64,000 bases of DNA, taken from the NCBI GenBank assembly GCA_019057475.1, contig DXJO01000004.1:1-64000 (forward strand), written 5' to 3'. This document shows positions 29,566 through 39,604 of the stretch, piece by piece. The notes under the pieces are model-generated. The model was given only the letters and a program-made list of their open reading frames with translations. It ran no database searches and had not been told where the DNA came from. This DNA comes from Candidatus Thorarchaeota archaeon (lineage in GTDB: Archaea > Asgardarchaeota > Thorarchaeia > Thorarchaeales > Thorarchaeaceae). How positions within the stretch are numbered: the first letter of the stretch is position 1; every line of letters starts with the position of its first letter. Position numbers and translations under genes: made by a program.

Positions 29566-30519
29566 ATGGTGCGTAAGGTGGGCGAGATTGTAACAGACCA
29601 GCTATCAAAGAGATTTGGCAAGATTAAAGCCGTGAATCGCGTGGACATCGTGGTGCCACAGGGTTCTGTGTTCGGGCTGCTTGGGCCTAATGGTGCGGGT
29701 AAGAGCACCACTACCAGACTTCTCTGCACGCTGCTTAAGCCATCATTTGGAACCGCGCAGGTGGGAGAGTTTGACATAATCGAGAATCCAGTGAAGGTGC
29801 GCGAGATAACCGGAGTGCTGCCTGAGGAAGGCAGTCATACACTCTATCCTTCTATGTCTGCGTACCAGAATCTTGAGTACTTCGCCAAGCTCTATGATGT
29901 CCCTGATGAAGAGATACCCGGACGAATAGAAGAACTCCTCACATTCATGGAACTATGGGAGAGAAAGAATGACAGAGCCGGCGAATTGAGCACAGGGAAC
30001 AGGCAGCGGCTTGCATTGTGTAGGGCTCTACTTCACAAACCCAAAGTTCTATTGCTCGATGAACCTACTTCTGCTCTGGATCCGGTAGCCGCAAAGCGAG
30101 TCCGAGAGCTAATCCTAAGCCTCGCAAAGAAGTACAAGCAGACCTTCTTCATCAATTCCCATAATCTTTCAGAAGTGCAGCGCATCTGTGACCGCATAGC
30201 AATCATCGACAAGGGGCAGATTCTTCTAACCGGGACAACAGCAGAACTTCGCGAGCAGCTTCACGCGAAGCAAGAGTACATGATACGCGTTACTGGAGAT
30301 ATCGAGAAGGCCAAATCTATCGCGGAATCTCAGCACTTTGTTGAATCTGTTAAGGTTGGAGTTGATTCTTTAATTGTCACTATCGACAACCCATTTGAGA
30401 ATAACTCGCAACTCATGCAGGGTCTGCTAGCTGCGGGTGTGAATATCATCGAGTTTGCAGAAGAGGAAGCAAGCCTCGAAGACCTCTATCTTGAGGTTCT
30501 GAATGGAGGTGGCGACTAG
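29566..30519 (+). CDS. ABC exporter ATP-binding protein
   Basis: GPNGAGKS, LSTGNRQR, LLDEPT and NSH. Confidence 0.95.
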   Translation: MVRKVGEIVTDQLSKRFGKIKAVNRVDIVVPQGSVFGLLGPNGAGKSTTTRLLCTLLKPSFGTAQVGEFDIIENPVKVREITGVLPEEGSHTLYPSMSAYQNLEYFAKLYDVPDEEIPGRIEELLTFMELWERKNDRAGELSTGNRQRLALCRALLHKPKVLLLDEPTSALDPVAAKRVRELILSLAKKYKQTFFINSHNLSEVQRICDRIAIIDKGQILLTGTTAELREQLHAKQEYMIRVTGDIEKAKSIAESQHFVESVKVGVDSLIVTIDNPFENNSQLMQGLLAAGVNIIEFAEEEASLEDLYLEVLNGGGD

Positions 30520-31277
30520 TGGCGCGAAGCAAGTCGATGATTGTGGCCCTTGCGGACATCAGGATGGCCCTCAAGCTGAGGATGGTAAAGATGGGTCTGG
30601 TTGTAAGCGCAGCCTTTGGTCCTCTCATGACCATAGTGCTCGTAGCCGGTCCGTCTCTTGTTTTCACAGGTCCAGAATTGGAAATGATTGCGTCATTCCT
30701 CGTGCCAATGGCTGCTGCAATGCTTGCGATGTTTTCTGTCATTCCTGCTACAATGATTTCTGCCAACGCTCTAGTTGGAGAGCGTGAACAAAGCACGCTG
30801 GAACCGCTTCTCTGCACGCCTATGACCGACCGTGAGCTGCTTTGGGGCAAAACGCTAAGCTCAGTCCTGATTTGCAGTGCCATCCTCGTACTAGGTACAC
30901 TTGCTTCCACAATTGGCATCGCTGCAATACTGTTAGGATCTGGCAAGCAATTGATTGTTTTCCCTGATTTGCCTGGGCTTTTCATGCTTGCAGTGGTTGC
31001 TCCAATTGTACTATTCGCTGTGGTGTCGCTCATGATTATCATAAGCGGGAGAGTACAACGTGTCTACGAGGCGTATCAGATGAGTGGTTTCATCATAATG
31101 ATCTTCATGATACCAATGATGGCGCCTATCGTATCCATGCAATCAGGAGCCGCGGACCCCTCTGCGATTTGGATGTGGAACTTCGTTTCTTTCTTACTCG
31201 CAGTGGTCATAGCAGTTATCACGTGGGCGGTGGCCATCAAGCAGTTCAATCGCGACAAGATGGTTTCTCTTGTCTAG
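30519..31277 (+). CDS. ABC-2 permease
   Basis: VGERE..TLEPLL.TP..ELLWGK motif; coupled to the ATPase stop. Confidence 0.9.
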   Translation: MARSKSMIVALADIRMALKLRMVKMGLVVSAAFGPLMTIVLVAGPSLVFTGPELEMIASFLVPMAAAMLAMFSVIPATMISANALVGEREQSTLEPLLCTPMTDRELLWGKTLSSVLICSAILVLGTLASTIGIAAILLGSGKQLIVFPDLPGLFMLAVVAPIVLFAVVSLMIIISGRVQRVYEAYQMSGFIIMIFMIPMMAPIVSMQSGAADPSAIWMWNFVSFLLAVVIAVITWAVAIKQFNRDKMVSLV

Positions 31278-31801
31278 TCTATGATTTTCTTGAGGCCGTC
31301 AGGATACCTCACGGCGAGATCACGATAGATGGCTTTGAACTTGATCAGCTCTTCCTTATGCTGAGCTTTCACGTCAGCAATCACCTTCGCAGGAACACCT
31401 ACTGCTATCTTCTCGTCTGGCACCTCAAAGCTCTGTTTGACAACGGCTCCCTCTCCAATAATCGCCCACCGACCAACCACTGCATAATCAGATACGATGG
31501 CTCCCATGCCAATAACAGCCTCATCTTTGATGACCGCATTATGAACAATGCAGCCGTGTCCCAATGTCACGTTGTTGCCAATGACGGTTAATTCCCCTGG
31601 CCTTGCATGAACGACTACGTTGTCTTGAACGCTAACGCCATCACCAATCCTAATCTCTCCGTAGTCACCCTTCACCACAGCGCCAGGAGCGACATAGCAT
31701 TCCTTACCGATGGTCACAAGTCCAATGACCGATGCTGAGTGACTGATGTAGGTATTCTTCCCTATCTTCGGAACCCGGTTTTCAAACTCATAGACCGCCA
31801 T
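31274..31801 (-). CDS. Gamma carbonic anhydrase family (hexapeptide repeat) protein
   Basis: VQDNVVVH and LGHGCIVH His ligands; GVPAK. Confidence 0.9.
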   Translation of the reverse strand: MAVYEFENRVPKIGKNTYISHSASVIGLVTIGKECYVAPGAVVKGDYGEIRIGDGVSVQDNVVVHARPGELTVIGNNVTLGHGCIVHNAVIKDEAVIGMGAIVSDYAVVGRWAIIGEGAVVKQSFEVPDEKIAVGVPAKVIADVKAQHKEELIKFKAIYRDLAVRYPDGLKKIID

Positions 31802-31934
31802 TGCTGACACATCGTCGTTATCCTCCAAAACGCCGTTATTATAAGTACACCGTCAGCTGTCCGAAACGTTAAAGACACTGACGGTAGAATGTTTGAACAG
31901 GATGTTCTCCGAGCCAACGCGGAGGTAATGCAGT

Positions 31935-32330
31935 GTGACGGATGGCCCAAATGAGCATAATGACATTCAATTTCCAATCCTTCGAGGTGAATCTGTGGGG
32001 GAGAGTGGTGAGTTCAGTGGCGTGGCTGTCATCGTTACAACCCCTGATGAACTGAATAGAGAGTGGGCTTCGAACGAGATTGCAGTATTGAAGCAAGACC
32101 TTGAGTTGCACTTTGTATCAAATCCTGGCGACCTTGATGTTCTGTTCACGAATGTCGCAGCTGTTCTTGCGGAGTTTGGAGAACCAATAGGTGAGTTCGC
32201 CGCGGTTGCATATTCTCGGGAAGCCATAGGTGTCGTAAAGGTGGATGACGCTACAAACGTCCTTGAGGCGGATATGCACATCAGGGTAGTGGCGATGGAG
32301 AATCTTGGTGAAGTGTTTTTCATCGACTAA
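31935..32330 (+). CDS. PEP-utilising mobile (swivel) domain-like protein lacking the phospho-His
   Basis: G..G.A.IV..PDEL, AAVLAEFG..GEFAAVA and DATNVL; very acidic. Confidence 0.6.
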   Translation: MTDGPNEHNDIQFPILRGESVGESGEFSGVAVIVTTPDELNREWASNEIAVLKQDLELHFVSNPGDLDVLFTNVAAVLAEFGEPIGEFAAVAYSREAIGVVKVDDATNVLEADMHIRVVAMENLGEVFFID

Positions 32331-32560
32331 TCCACATTTAATATCGTGATGGATTCCTTAAGATTGGTGGCGGATGCCGTTTCTCTTATTCTAGGTTTCG
32401 ATGGTGTTCAATAGCCTCTTTGTTTCCGTGCTTGCTTCCAGCGATATGCATAAGTGCACAGGAGGAACGACCAGATAAGCGTCCAGAGATATTGCTTGAC
32501 ACACTTCGCTGATTGTCTGTGGACACTGTCAACAATGTGAACAGGAGAACATGCTCTATC

Positions 32561-33889
32561 ATGAAAGTCAGATTCAAGGTGGACGATCAATGGCTCGAAG
32601 TCGAGAGGAAGAGCATGAAGAAGATGAAACGTGACTACGAGTCTTGGGCTGAAAGCACTTTGAAGAAGGCCAAGGATGCTCAAGATCTCAGAGCTCTGCG
32701 CGAAGTGTTCTACCAACTCGGAGATAGATGGGAGTGGGACCAAGCAACCGGGGCTTGGTTATCAAGTGGTGACCCTCTAGATGCGGTTGCATTCATCCTT
32801 CGATTGCCTGGCCTCCAGCCCAACAAGGAACGCTACATTGTCTATGCGGTGATGGCCTACAGCAAGGGTTTCACGGACCAATTTGACCATCTTGGAGACA
32901 AGGAACGAATAATCATAGAGCGCGACTTGGATACCAACACAATGCTGAGCTGGTCAACGACTGGACACGGTGCTATGGACCTGGTGCCCACTGACCTAAG
33001 CAGCTATGAGGGGCTTGAAGATGCGCTTCAGTCCAATTTTCTTGTTGCACAACCGGGCGACCATGCTCTAAGGATTGAAGTACCTCCATCCGGTAGCCTA
33101 GTGAGTACGCTTCTTCAGAGCCTGTGGGCGGTAGCTGGAGGCAATAAATCCTACACAGTCAAGGGAATTGAGATTCTCAGTGCCTCTGACATTGAGGACT
33201 CACTTGACTTCAAGTTTTACAGATATGCTAAGGCGGTCATTGATTTGGAGCGTCTTTGGAGCGAGCTAAAGGGAGGAGCAGTATCAAAGGCTCTAGAGGT
33301 GGTAGTAGATCAGATCCCAGCGCACATTGAGGATAGGAACAGGGAAACTTTGAGAAGAATCGAGGGTCTACTTCACATCCTTTGGTTTAAACCACCAAAA
33401 GCGCAGATTGATGTCATCCGACGAGTGTACGATAAACTGCGAACGGAACCCACTCCAACTGAGGTTCAGAGCAAGCTTCTTCCGTCTCTTGGGGAGCTTG
33501 CATACAGCTTGAACGATGTCATAGAGAAAGCCCAGTACCTGAAGTGGAAGAGCGTCATTGACCAAAAACGCTTCAGTGAGAGCGATGTCTTCCAAGGGCT
33601 CTCTCTCTCACGGATGGCCAAGGAAGCATTCGCTGTGGCTCTCGATGATATTCTTCGAGAACACACCCTCTCATACATTGGCTACCCTGAGCGGGGAACG
33701 GTGATGGACAAGGCTCTTCGAATCGTGTTTGGCATTATCGTGCTACCTACACGACTTAGTTCCGCTTTCATGGGGAGTATAATGAACACACTAGCAAGGT
33801 TAACCAGGCGTTTCAGAAGCCAAGAAACCAGCTCGGAATTGGATTCGGTATCCGAAGAAACTGCGGACGAACATTCTCCACAGCTATGA
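32561..33889 (+). CDS. Hypothetical protein
   Basis: Long ORF; AGGAG upstream of ATG 32561; no motif recognised. Confidence 0.7.
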   Translation: MKVRFKVDDQWLEVERKSMKKMKRDYESWAESTLKKAKDAQDLRALREVFYQLGDRWEWDQATGAWLSSGDPLDAVAFILRLPGLQPNKERYIVYAVMAYSKGFTDQFDHLGDKERIIIERDLDTNTMLSWSTTGHGAMDLVPTDLSSYEGLEDALQSNFLVAQPGDHALRIEVPPSGSLVSTLLQSLWAVAGGNKSYTVKGIEILSASDIEDSLDFKFYRYAKAVIDLERLWSELKGGAVSKALEVVVDQIPAHIEDRNRETLRRIEGLLHILWFKPPKAQIDVIRRVYDKLRTEPTPTEVQSKLLPSLGELAYSLNDVIEKAQYLKWKSVIDQKRFSESDVFQGLSLSRMAKEAFAVALDDILREHTLSYIGYPERGTVMDKALRIVFGIIVLPTRLSSAFMGSIMNTLARLTRRFRSQETSSELDSVSEETADEHSPQL

Positions 33890-34630
33890 GCTGACTTGCG
33901 AGCCCTTGAACGTATGGAGCAGCTCCAACAAGGATTCAATCACAATTGTATCCTTTGGTGCCTTTTCAGCTTCCTTGGGGTCAGCCCATGTCACAAGTAT
34001 CGGGACCATCTCAGCTCTGGTCGCGGCACCGACGTCCGCATCCACCAAATTTCCAACGTAAGCACACAGTTTTGGGTTCACACCGATATCATCTGCAGCC
34101 ATGATTAGGCTGTAAGGATTTGGCTTCGCGTATCCTCGTACCCCCGTCCATCTCACTGTGGAGAAAAGATCGTACAATCCTGCTTTCTTGAGGAACGCAA
34201 TCGGACTAACGTGGCGTCTTGTGACGAGCCCAAGCATATAGCCGCGGGCGTGAAGCTCCTTCAGAACCGTTATGGCGTCATCCGTGAAGGTTTCATAATC
34301 GCCTTCCGTTATCTCCTTTTTCCACGCTCGCTCAATTTGCAGAATTGTGGAATCGCTTAGATCCAGGATGCCAAGTGATTCGAACACTCTTCTATCAAAA
34401 CTAATCCATTGCTCTGGTTTAGCTCCCCAAAGTGGACCAACATTGTGTTCCAGCTGAAACTGGTCCATCTGAGCATCCATTCTCGTTATGGCCATATCGA
34501 AGTTCTCGTGAGAGAATTTACTAGTATCGATCCCATGATTCTCGGATACTCTCTTGAACATTGAAAATGGAGGTTCTCGTGTCCTTGCGAGGGTGTGATG
34601 CAGGTCAAACAGGATAGCCCTAATATTCAA
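33884..34630 (-). CDS. HAD-superfamily hydrolase (atypical motifs)
   Basis: LFDLHHTL, LVTRR, AKPNP and YVGN..AD. Confidence 0.85.
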   Translation of the reverse strand: MNIRAILFDLHHTLARTREPPFSMFKRVSENHGIDTSKFSHENFDMAITRMDAQMDQFQLEHNVGPLWGAKPEQWISFDRRVFESLGILDLSDSTILQIERAWKKEITEGDYETFTDDAITVLKELHARGYMLGLVTRRHVSPIAFLKKAGLYDLFSTVRWTGVRGYAKPNPYSLIMAADDIGVNPKLCAYVGNLVDADVGAATRAEMVPILVTWADPKEAEKAPKDTIVIESLLELLHTFKGSQVSS

Positions 34631-34945
34631 GCGAGAATACTTCCTTAGTCCATTGAAACCCTGATGGTCGTTTTTATGTTAATGGTTTTTGCTACGGCCG
34701 CCCTCGGACCTGAAGCAGTGAGGGCCTAACGCTCTAAGCAGCAGCTGATAGCACAAAGAGGCCTTCAAATCCTTTCGAAGTGCTTAATCATCCGTCTTCT
34801 TGAGCACATAGGATTTCTGTTGGCGACTCCTTAGATACATCAAAGGCGCGAAATCTGTGAAACCCGATACTATCCGTCCTGCTATTGTTCAGGACTTTAA
34901 ATTGCATTGCGCTCGAGCTGAATTGATACAAGACGGTGTTTCACA

Positions 34946-36529
34946 ATGCAGATTATCACGGACGTATCCTTCATCCTGGAACTTCTTGCGATAGCGGTTT
35001 CTATTGTACTCGCATCCTATCTTATCCTGACCTGGTACCGGCAGGCGAACAGGTTGCTAACAGATCTTCCTCTGATGTTTGGGATTATCTTCATAGGGCA
35101 TGCCATAAACCAGATCCTGCTCAAGCTCCCACTGCTTGGGATACTGGAGGAATCATTGGAATTATTCCGAGTCAGGTCTTTTGTGGTTGGCTGCATTGCT
35201 TTGCCGCTTGTCGGTGTGCTTCTACATATCTGGTTGCCCCAACTCAGGAGGCATCACCTTCGAATCATGGGAGTAGTCACGCTCTACTGGATAATTGTGG
35301 CTCTGTTTGGTCCCACAATGGAAATTATTATACTCATGCATCTCCCCATCGTAATCACATTCATGCTTGGGATGGTTATAACATTCGCAGTGACTTGGAA
35401 AACAGGCAGGCTCAAGGAAGTGCGGAGTGACCTCATGGTGTTCTCCACGATTATGGGGCTCATCAGTCAGGTTGGAATGGTGCCGCTAATGAATGCGGGG
35501 CTCGGATTCGTGCCTGGCATCTTCATGGCGATAGGGACTCTATTTGCCACACTGGCTCTAGCAAACCCATGGTACCATTCGGAAAAGCAGGCTATTCAGA
35601 GTGGAGCCAGCGAGGCAATTGCGCCCGTGGCCACTGAGAGCGAAGTCAAGAAAGCCTCGTTCTGGTCGAGAGTGGGCCTAATCCCACTAGGGATACTACT
35701 GCTGACAATCGGCGTTATCTGGCGGAATGTGGATGTCTTTATCCTTGGTCTCAGCGAATCCTGGCTTAACATATTGCCATGCAAGCTCTTTCCCTTGCTG
35801 TTAATCGTCGGGGTCTTTTGGAAGTACCGACGAAGCGAGGTTGGATCAGTACTGGGCTTGCGCAGAAGCCGCATGAGAAGTCACTTGGTCATAGGAGTTT
35901 CAATGGGCGTGCTCTTCTACTTTCTTGGCAATGTCCTACCCACTATGATCTACTGGGCCTTCTTTGACTCTTCTTTTGATATCCAACTCGTAATCGTCAA
36001 TATGGACCTGTTGTGGTACAGCGCGTTTTTCTTCCTTGTGAACGCGATCTATGAAGAAGTGCTCTTCAGGGGTCTCCTGCAGAATGGTTTTAGGAGTCGA
36101 TTAACGCCCAATAAGGCCATCCTGCTGTCCGCTTCTATCTTCGGCGTTTATCACCTGATTTGGCCCATCTACCACGCCGCATCAGGCATTCTATCAATGT
36201 CACATATCTTCGTGTACGTGGTCTTCTCTGCTTTTCTTGCTGTAGTATTCGGAGTTTACTATGAAAAGTTCAGTGGCCGACGTACGCTTGCTGGTCCCAT
36301 TGCAGCGCACTGGCTCATCAATCTCCTGAATGAGAATTTCAAAATGTCATTTGATCAGGTGATAGAAGGTCCTGATGTCCTCCTTGTTGGTTCCACACAG
36401 ATGATCATTGCATTAACCTTGGTCGCGCTTGCATTCACAACTCTGATGCTTGTTTCGTGGAATCTACGTGTAGAGCAGGTTGAATCGTGGGCGGCCCGTC
36501 ACTTGGGACGACTGCCCCAACTTACCTAG
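34946..36529 (+). CDS. 7TM domain fused to CPBP intramembrane protease
   Basis: Seven N-terminal hydrophobic helices, a polar linker, then EEVLFRG, FGVYH and AHWLIN. Confidence 0.8.
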   Translation: MQIITDVSFILELLAIAVSIVLASYLILTWYRQANRLLTDLPLMFGIIFIGHAINQILLKLPLLGILEESLELFRVRSFVVGCIALPLVGVLLHIWLPQLRRHHLRIMGVVTLYWIIVALFGPTMEIIILMHLPIVITFMLGMVITFAVTWKTGRLKEVRSDLMVFSTIMGLISQVGMVPLMNAGLGFVPGIFMAIGTLFATLALANPWYHSEKQAIQSGASEAIAPVATESEVKKASFWSRVGLIPLGILLLTIGVIWRNVDVFILGLSESWLNILPCKLFPLLLIVGVFWKYRRSEVGSVLGLRRSRMRSHLVIGVSMGVLFYFLGNVLPTMIYWAFFDSSFDIQLVIVNMDLLWYSAFFFLVNAIYEEVLFRGLLQNGFRSRLTPNKAILLSASIFGVYHLIWPIYHAASGILSMSHIFVYVVFSAFLAVVFGVYYEKFSGRRTLAGPIAAHWLINLLNENFKMSFDQVIEGPDVLLVGSTQMIIALTLVALAFTTLMLVSWNLRVEQVESWAARHLGRLPQLT

Positions 36530-37059
36530 TGGGGGGGCCGCCACAAGGAGCCAGCATCCTCAGACCTGCCTGTCTTGTCATAGATCAACGCAAGATGAAC
36601 AAGCGCATCTGGATTGAGGGCTTCCAACGCCAGTGACATAACAAGAGCCTCCTCGCCTTTCTTCCTCATCGAGGCTGTCCAGCCGTGTGATACCGGAGGG
36701 TATAGATCGTCGGATAGTTGCTCTACCCGTGCTGAGTAAGGCCTCTTCGTCACCTCAATAGGTTTCAACATGATTCTTGCCGCTTTCTTGAGGGGGATAT
36801 GTTTCGAAAATCCAGTTTCGTCTACAACGATTTCATTATAGACTTCGTAAGAGTAGTCCTTAGTTTCGCCTGAGAACAATTCACCTGATTCCAAAGTGAT
36901 GTGGGGACCTATTTCATTCCAAGTTAGTTGACCTAAGACGCAGTCACCTGCAGGCGTGAACACCTTGACGGCGATTCCACCGCGCTTTGGTGACATAAAA
37001 TCAATTCCTTCTCGGGATTGATTCAACAAGGTAATAGCCTTGTCCATTGGTGGCTGCAA
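36526..37059 (-). CDS. Hypothetical protein with a C-terminal TPR-like helix pair
   Basis: NPDALVHLALIYDKTGRSEDA resembles a TPR; 4-bp overlap with the convergent gene. Confidence 0.45.
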   Translation of the reverse strand: MQPPMDKAITLLNQSREGIDFMSPKRGGIAVKVFTPAGDCVLGQLTWNEIGPHITLESGELFSGETKDYSYEVYNEIVVDETGFSKHIPLKKAARIMLKPIEVTKRPYSARVEQLSDDLYPPVSHGWTASMRKKGEEALVMSLALEALNPDALVHLALIYDKTGRSEDAGSLWRPPH

Positions 37060-37640
37060 TTGGACTTACGGCATCATAATCTGTTGCCCGTCCGTGTAAC
37101 TGCTTTCCCATGGATCAACTCGATAGTAAAAGTGCCAAGAAAGAGAAAAAAAGATGATGCAGAGCATGGAAACCTTTGCGATATGTACCGCTTGAGTGTT
37201 CTATGCTCTGAAGTGTTGCTTATGCACTCCATGGCTCGGGTCGTGGCCGTGAAGGCTCTGTCATCTCATACAGTCTGGTCATGTTAATCATGGTCAAGTA
37301 GTCGCGAACACTCAATTATCACCCCGACGGCTGGTGTGACAAGTTCGGATCAATTCCGAGCTATCACCGTGCCCTGCTCACATTTCTCAAGCTCTGTTTT
37401 TTATGAGCTTAAATACAATCTCGAACAAACAGTTATTGGCATCTGCCGCCTTTGCAGAGTGAATAACACACAGTCTAAAATCTGGGCTAGGAACTCTGAA
37501 ATCGTTGAGTGGAGAGTCATCAGAACAGCGGGCTAATTTCTCAACACAACCCTTCACACCCCCCAATTTCCCTCCCATAGATACCTGCTGACTCTGCTCT
37601 CCGCTCACACCCCAATCTGGTTTTGATCAGCGAACCGCGG

Positions 37641-37680
37641 GAAAAAAGGAATGTCACTTGGCCTAGCGGACCAAGTGTTG
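37641..37680 (-). terminator. Hairpin plus poly-T after rubrerythrin
   Basis: CACTTGG/CCAAGTG stem followed by CCTTTTTT on the minus strand. Confidence 0.6.
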
Positions 37681-37691
37681 AATTGTTCGAT

Positions 37692-38276
37692 CTAGAAGAC
37701 TGCTTGGTGGACCATGAAGTAGCTCCTGGCATGGTCGCAAGCTGGGCATTTCTCGGGCGGGGACTCACTTTCGTGAATGTAGCCGCAGTTCTGACATCGC
37801 CACTTGATCTTCTTCTCTCGCTTGAAAACACGGTCCTTGGCAATGTTGTCAGCAAGCTCGATGAACCGGGCGTGATGCCAGGTTTCTGCCATGGCAATCA
37901 TTCTGAAGACGACTGCTATCTTTGAGAAACCCTCCTTCTCCGCGACTTCGGCGAAGCCAGGGTACATTTCTGTGAATTCGTATTTCTCGCCGGCTGCGGC
38001 TGCCCTTAGATTCTCCTCGGTGCCACCAAGAGGACCAGTCGGAAATCCAGCTTCGATTTTGAGCTCAGGAGTGGCTCCACCTTCCTTCAGTAGCTTGAAG
38101 AGCCGCTCTGCATGTTCCTTTTCGTGACCTGCAGTCTCCTTGAAGACTTCGCTGATCTGAACATACCCCTCCTTCTTGGCAATGCTGGCATCGAATGTGT
38201 AGCGATTCCTTGCTTGGGACTCGCCAGCGAAAGCAGTGAGGAGGCTAATCTCTGTTTTTGTACCTTCCAATTTCAT
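37692..38276 (-). CDS. rbr: Rubrerythrin
   Basis: AFAGESQARNRY, EKEH, GEKYE, ETWH, CQNCG and CPAC. Confidence 0.95.
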   Translation of the reverse strand: MKLEGTKTEISLLTAFAGESQARNRYTFDASIAKKEGYVQISEVFKETAGHEKEHAERLFKLLKEGGATPELKIEAGFPTGPLGGTEENLRAAAAGEKYEFTEMYPGFAEVAEKEGFSKIAVVFRMIAMAETWHHARFIELADNIAKDRVFKREKKIKWRCQNCGYIHESESPPEKCPACDHARSYFMVHQAVF

Positions 38277-38404
38277 TGTTCTACCTCCATTCTCTCATAG
38301 GACGGCGAACGCATACATCACTCACCGCCTCGGAGTCAAGATACGGCGATTCGAGGCTGGTCTCTAATAAGGGATTGCTTAGGCCAGTCTAACTTGATGG
38401 ACGG

Positions 38405-39604
38405 TCACTTGAGTCTATCAGCAATTACCTGAGCGAGCTTCTTGCAATCCTCGATCTCTTGTTCGTTGGCCCTACCTCGCACGCGCACAACTGGCTCAAG
38501 TACCTCGCATTTCATGGCCTCAATCATCTTGCGCAGTTTGAAGACGCCACCACCGCCCCAACCAAAAGTACCGAAGAGAGCGATTGGTCGCTTCATGAAG
38601 CGTTTGCCTTGCATCTCGTTGACGAAGCTCCAGACCTTAGGAAATGGATACGCATCGTACGTGGGTGTTCCAATCACAAGGATGCCCGCACGCATGGTGT
38701 CTGTGATGACCTTGCTCAACTCGCTATATGACAGGTTGTGCAGTTTCACCTCAACGCCTAGGTTCATGAGTTCCTTCTTCAGATTGACCGCGAGTCGGTG
38801 AGTCATGCCGTACATAGTACCATAGACGATAACGGCGTTCTTCTCCAGCTCGGGGCTGCTCCATTCAAGGTACTTCTTGACAATCCACATTGGGTCCTTG
38901 CGGTATATCGGTCCATGGCTTGGAGCAATCATCTTTATTCCGATGCCGAGGTCTTGCACTTTTGCTATGCCCCTCTGCACGAATTTCAGATAGCTCGTGA
39001 TAATCGCTGAAACGTAGCGTCGACTTTCGGATTCAACCATCCGCATGTCAATCTCGTCATCGAAGATTTTTCCGTTCAATGCACCGAATGAACCAAATGC
39101 ATCACAAGAGAATACAATCTCATCCTCAACCAGGTATGTCAACATAGTCTCTGGCCAGTGTAGGAATTGGGCATGCACGAATTTGAGAGTCTTCTCGCCG
39201 AGTGATAGTTCCTCAAGGTCCTCTACTATCTTCTCCTTAAGCGGAACATCATAGAATGATTTCTGCATTGGTGCAGCCTTGGCAGTGTAGACCATAGTTG
39301 CGTTCTTGGCAATCTTGGCTAGGTCTGGAAGAGCACTCGTGTGGTCCGGCTCCATGTGATTCATAACAATGTAGTCGATCTTGGCTGGGTCCACTATTTC
39401 TCTGATGTTGTCGAGCAACTCGTCTACCCACGGATCCTTCACGCCTTCTATGAGGGCTATCTTCTCGTCGACAATTAGATAGCTGTTGTACGAAACACCG
39501 AACGGTAGTTCCCACAGACCCTCGAACAGTTCTGTATGGTGATCGTCGACTCCAACGTAGTATACTCCCTTGGCGATTTCTTTGTGCATTGTTTTGGGCT
39601 CCAA
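38405..39604 (-). CDS. fprA: Flavodiiron protein (FprA/NorV-type)
   Basis: HMEPDH, HWPE, SCDAFG and PSHG; flavodoxin domain TMYGMT and FGTFGW. Confidence 0.95.
   Translation of the reverse strand: MEPKTMHKEIAKGVYYVGVDDHHTELFEGLWELPFGVSYNSYLIVDEKIALIEGVKDPWVDELLDNIREIVDPAKIDYIVMNHMEPDHTSALPDLAKIAKNATMVYTAKAAPMQKSFYDVPLKEKIVEDLEELSLGEKTLKFVHAQFLHWPETMLTYLVEDEIVFSCDAFGSFGALNGKIFDDEIDMRMVESESRRYVSAIITSYLKFVQRGIAKVQDLGIGIKMIAPSHGPIYRKDPMWIVKKYLEWSSPELEKNAVIVYGTMYGMTHRLAVNLKKELMNLGVEVKLHNLSYSELSKVITDTMRAGILVIGTPTYDAYPFPKVWSFVNEMQGKRFMKRPIALFGTFGWGGGGVFKLRKMIEAMKCEVLEPVVRVRGRANEQEIEDCKKLAQVIADRLK

Noticed and set aside
34696-34765. Fluoride riboswitch or HDV/hammerhead ribozyme
   Set aside because: Only superficial matches (TAAC, GCTGAT); the required pseudoknot and core pairings could not be built
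37060-37640. Short ORFs or a mobile-element remnant in the long intergenic gap
   Set aside because: No convincing protein motif, terminal inverted repeats or transposase; only one isolated hairpin
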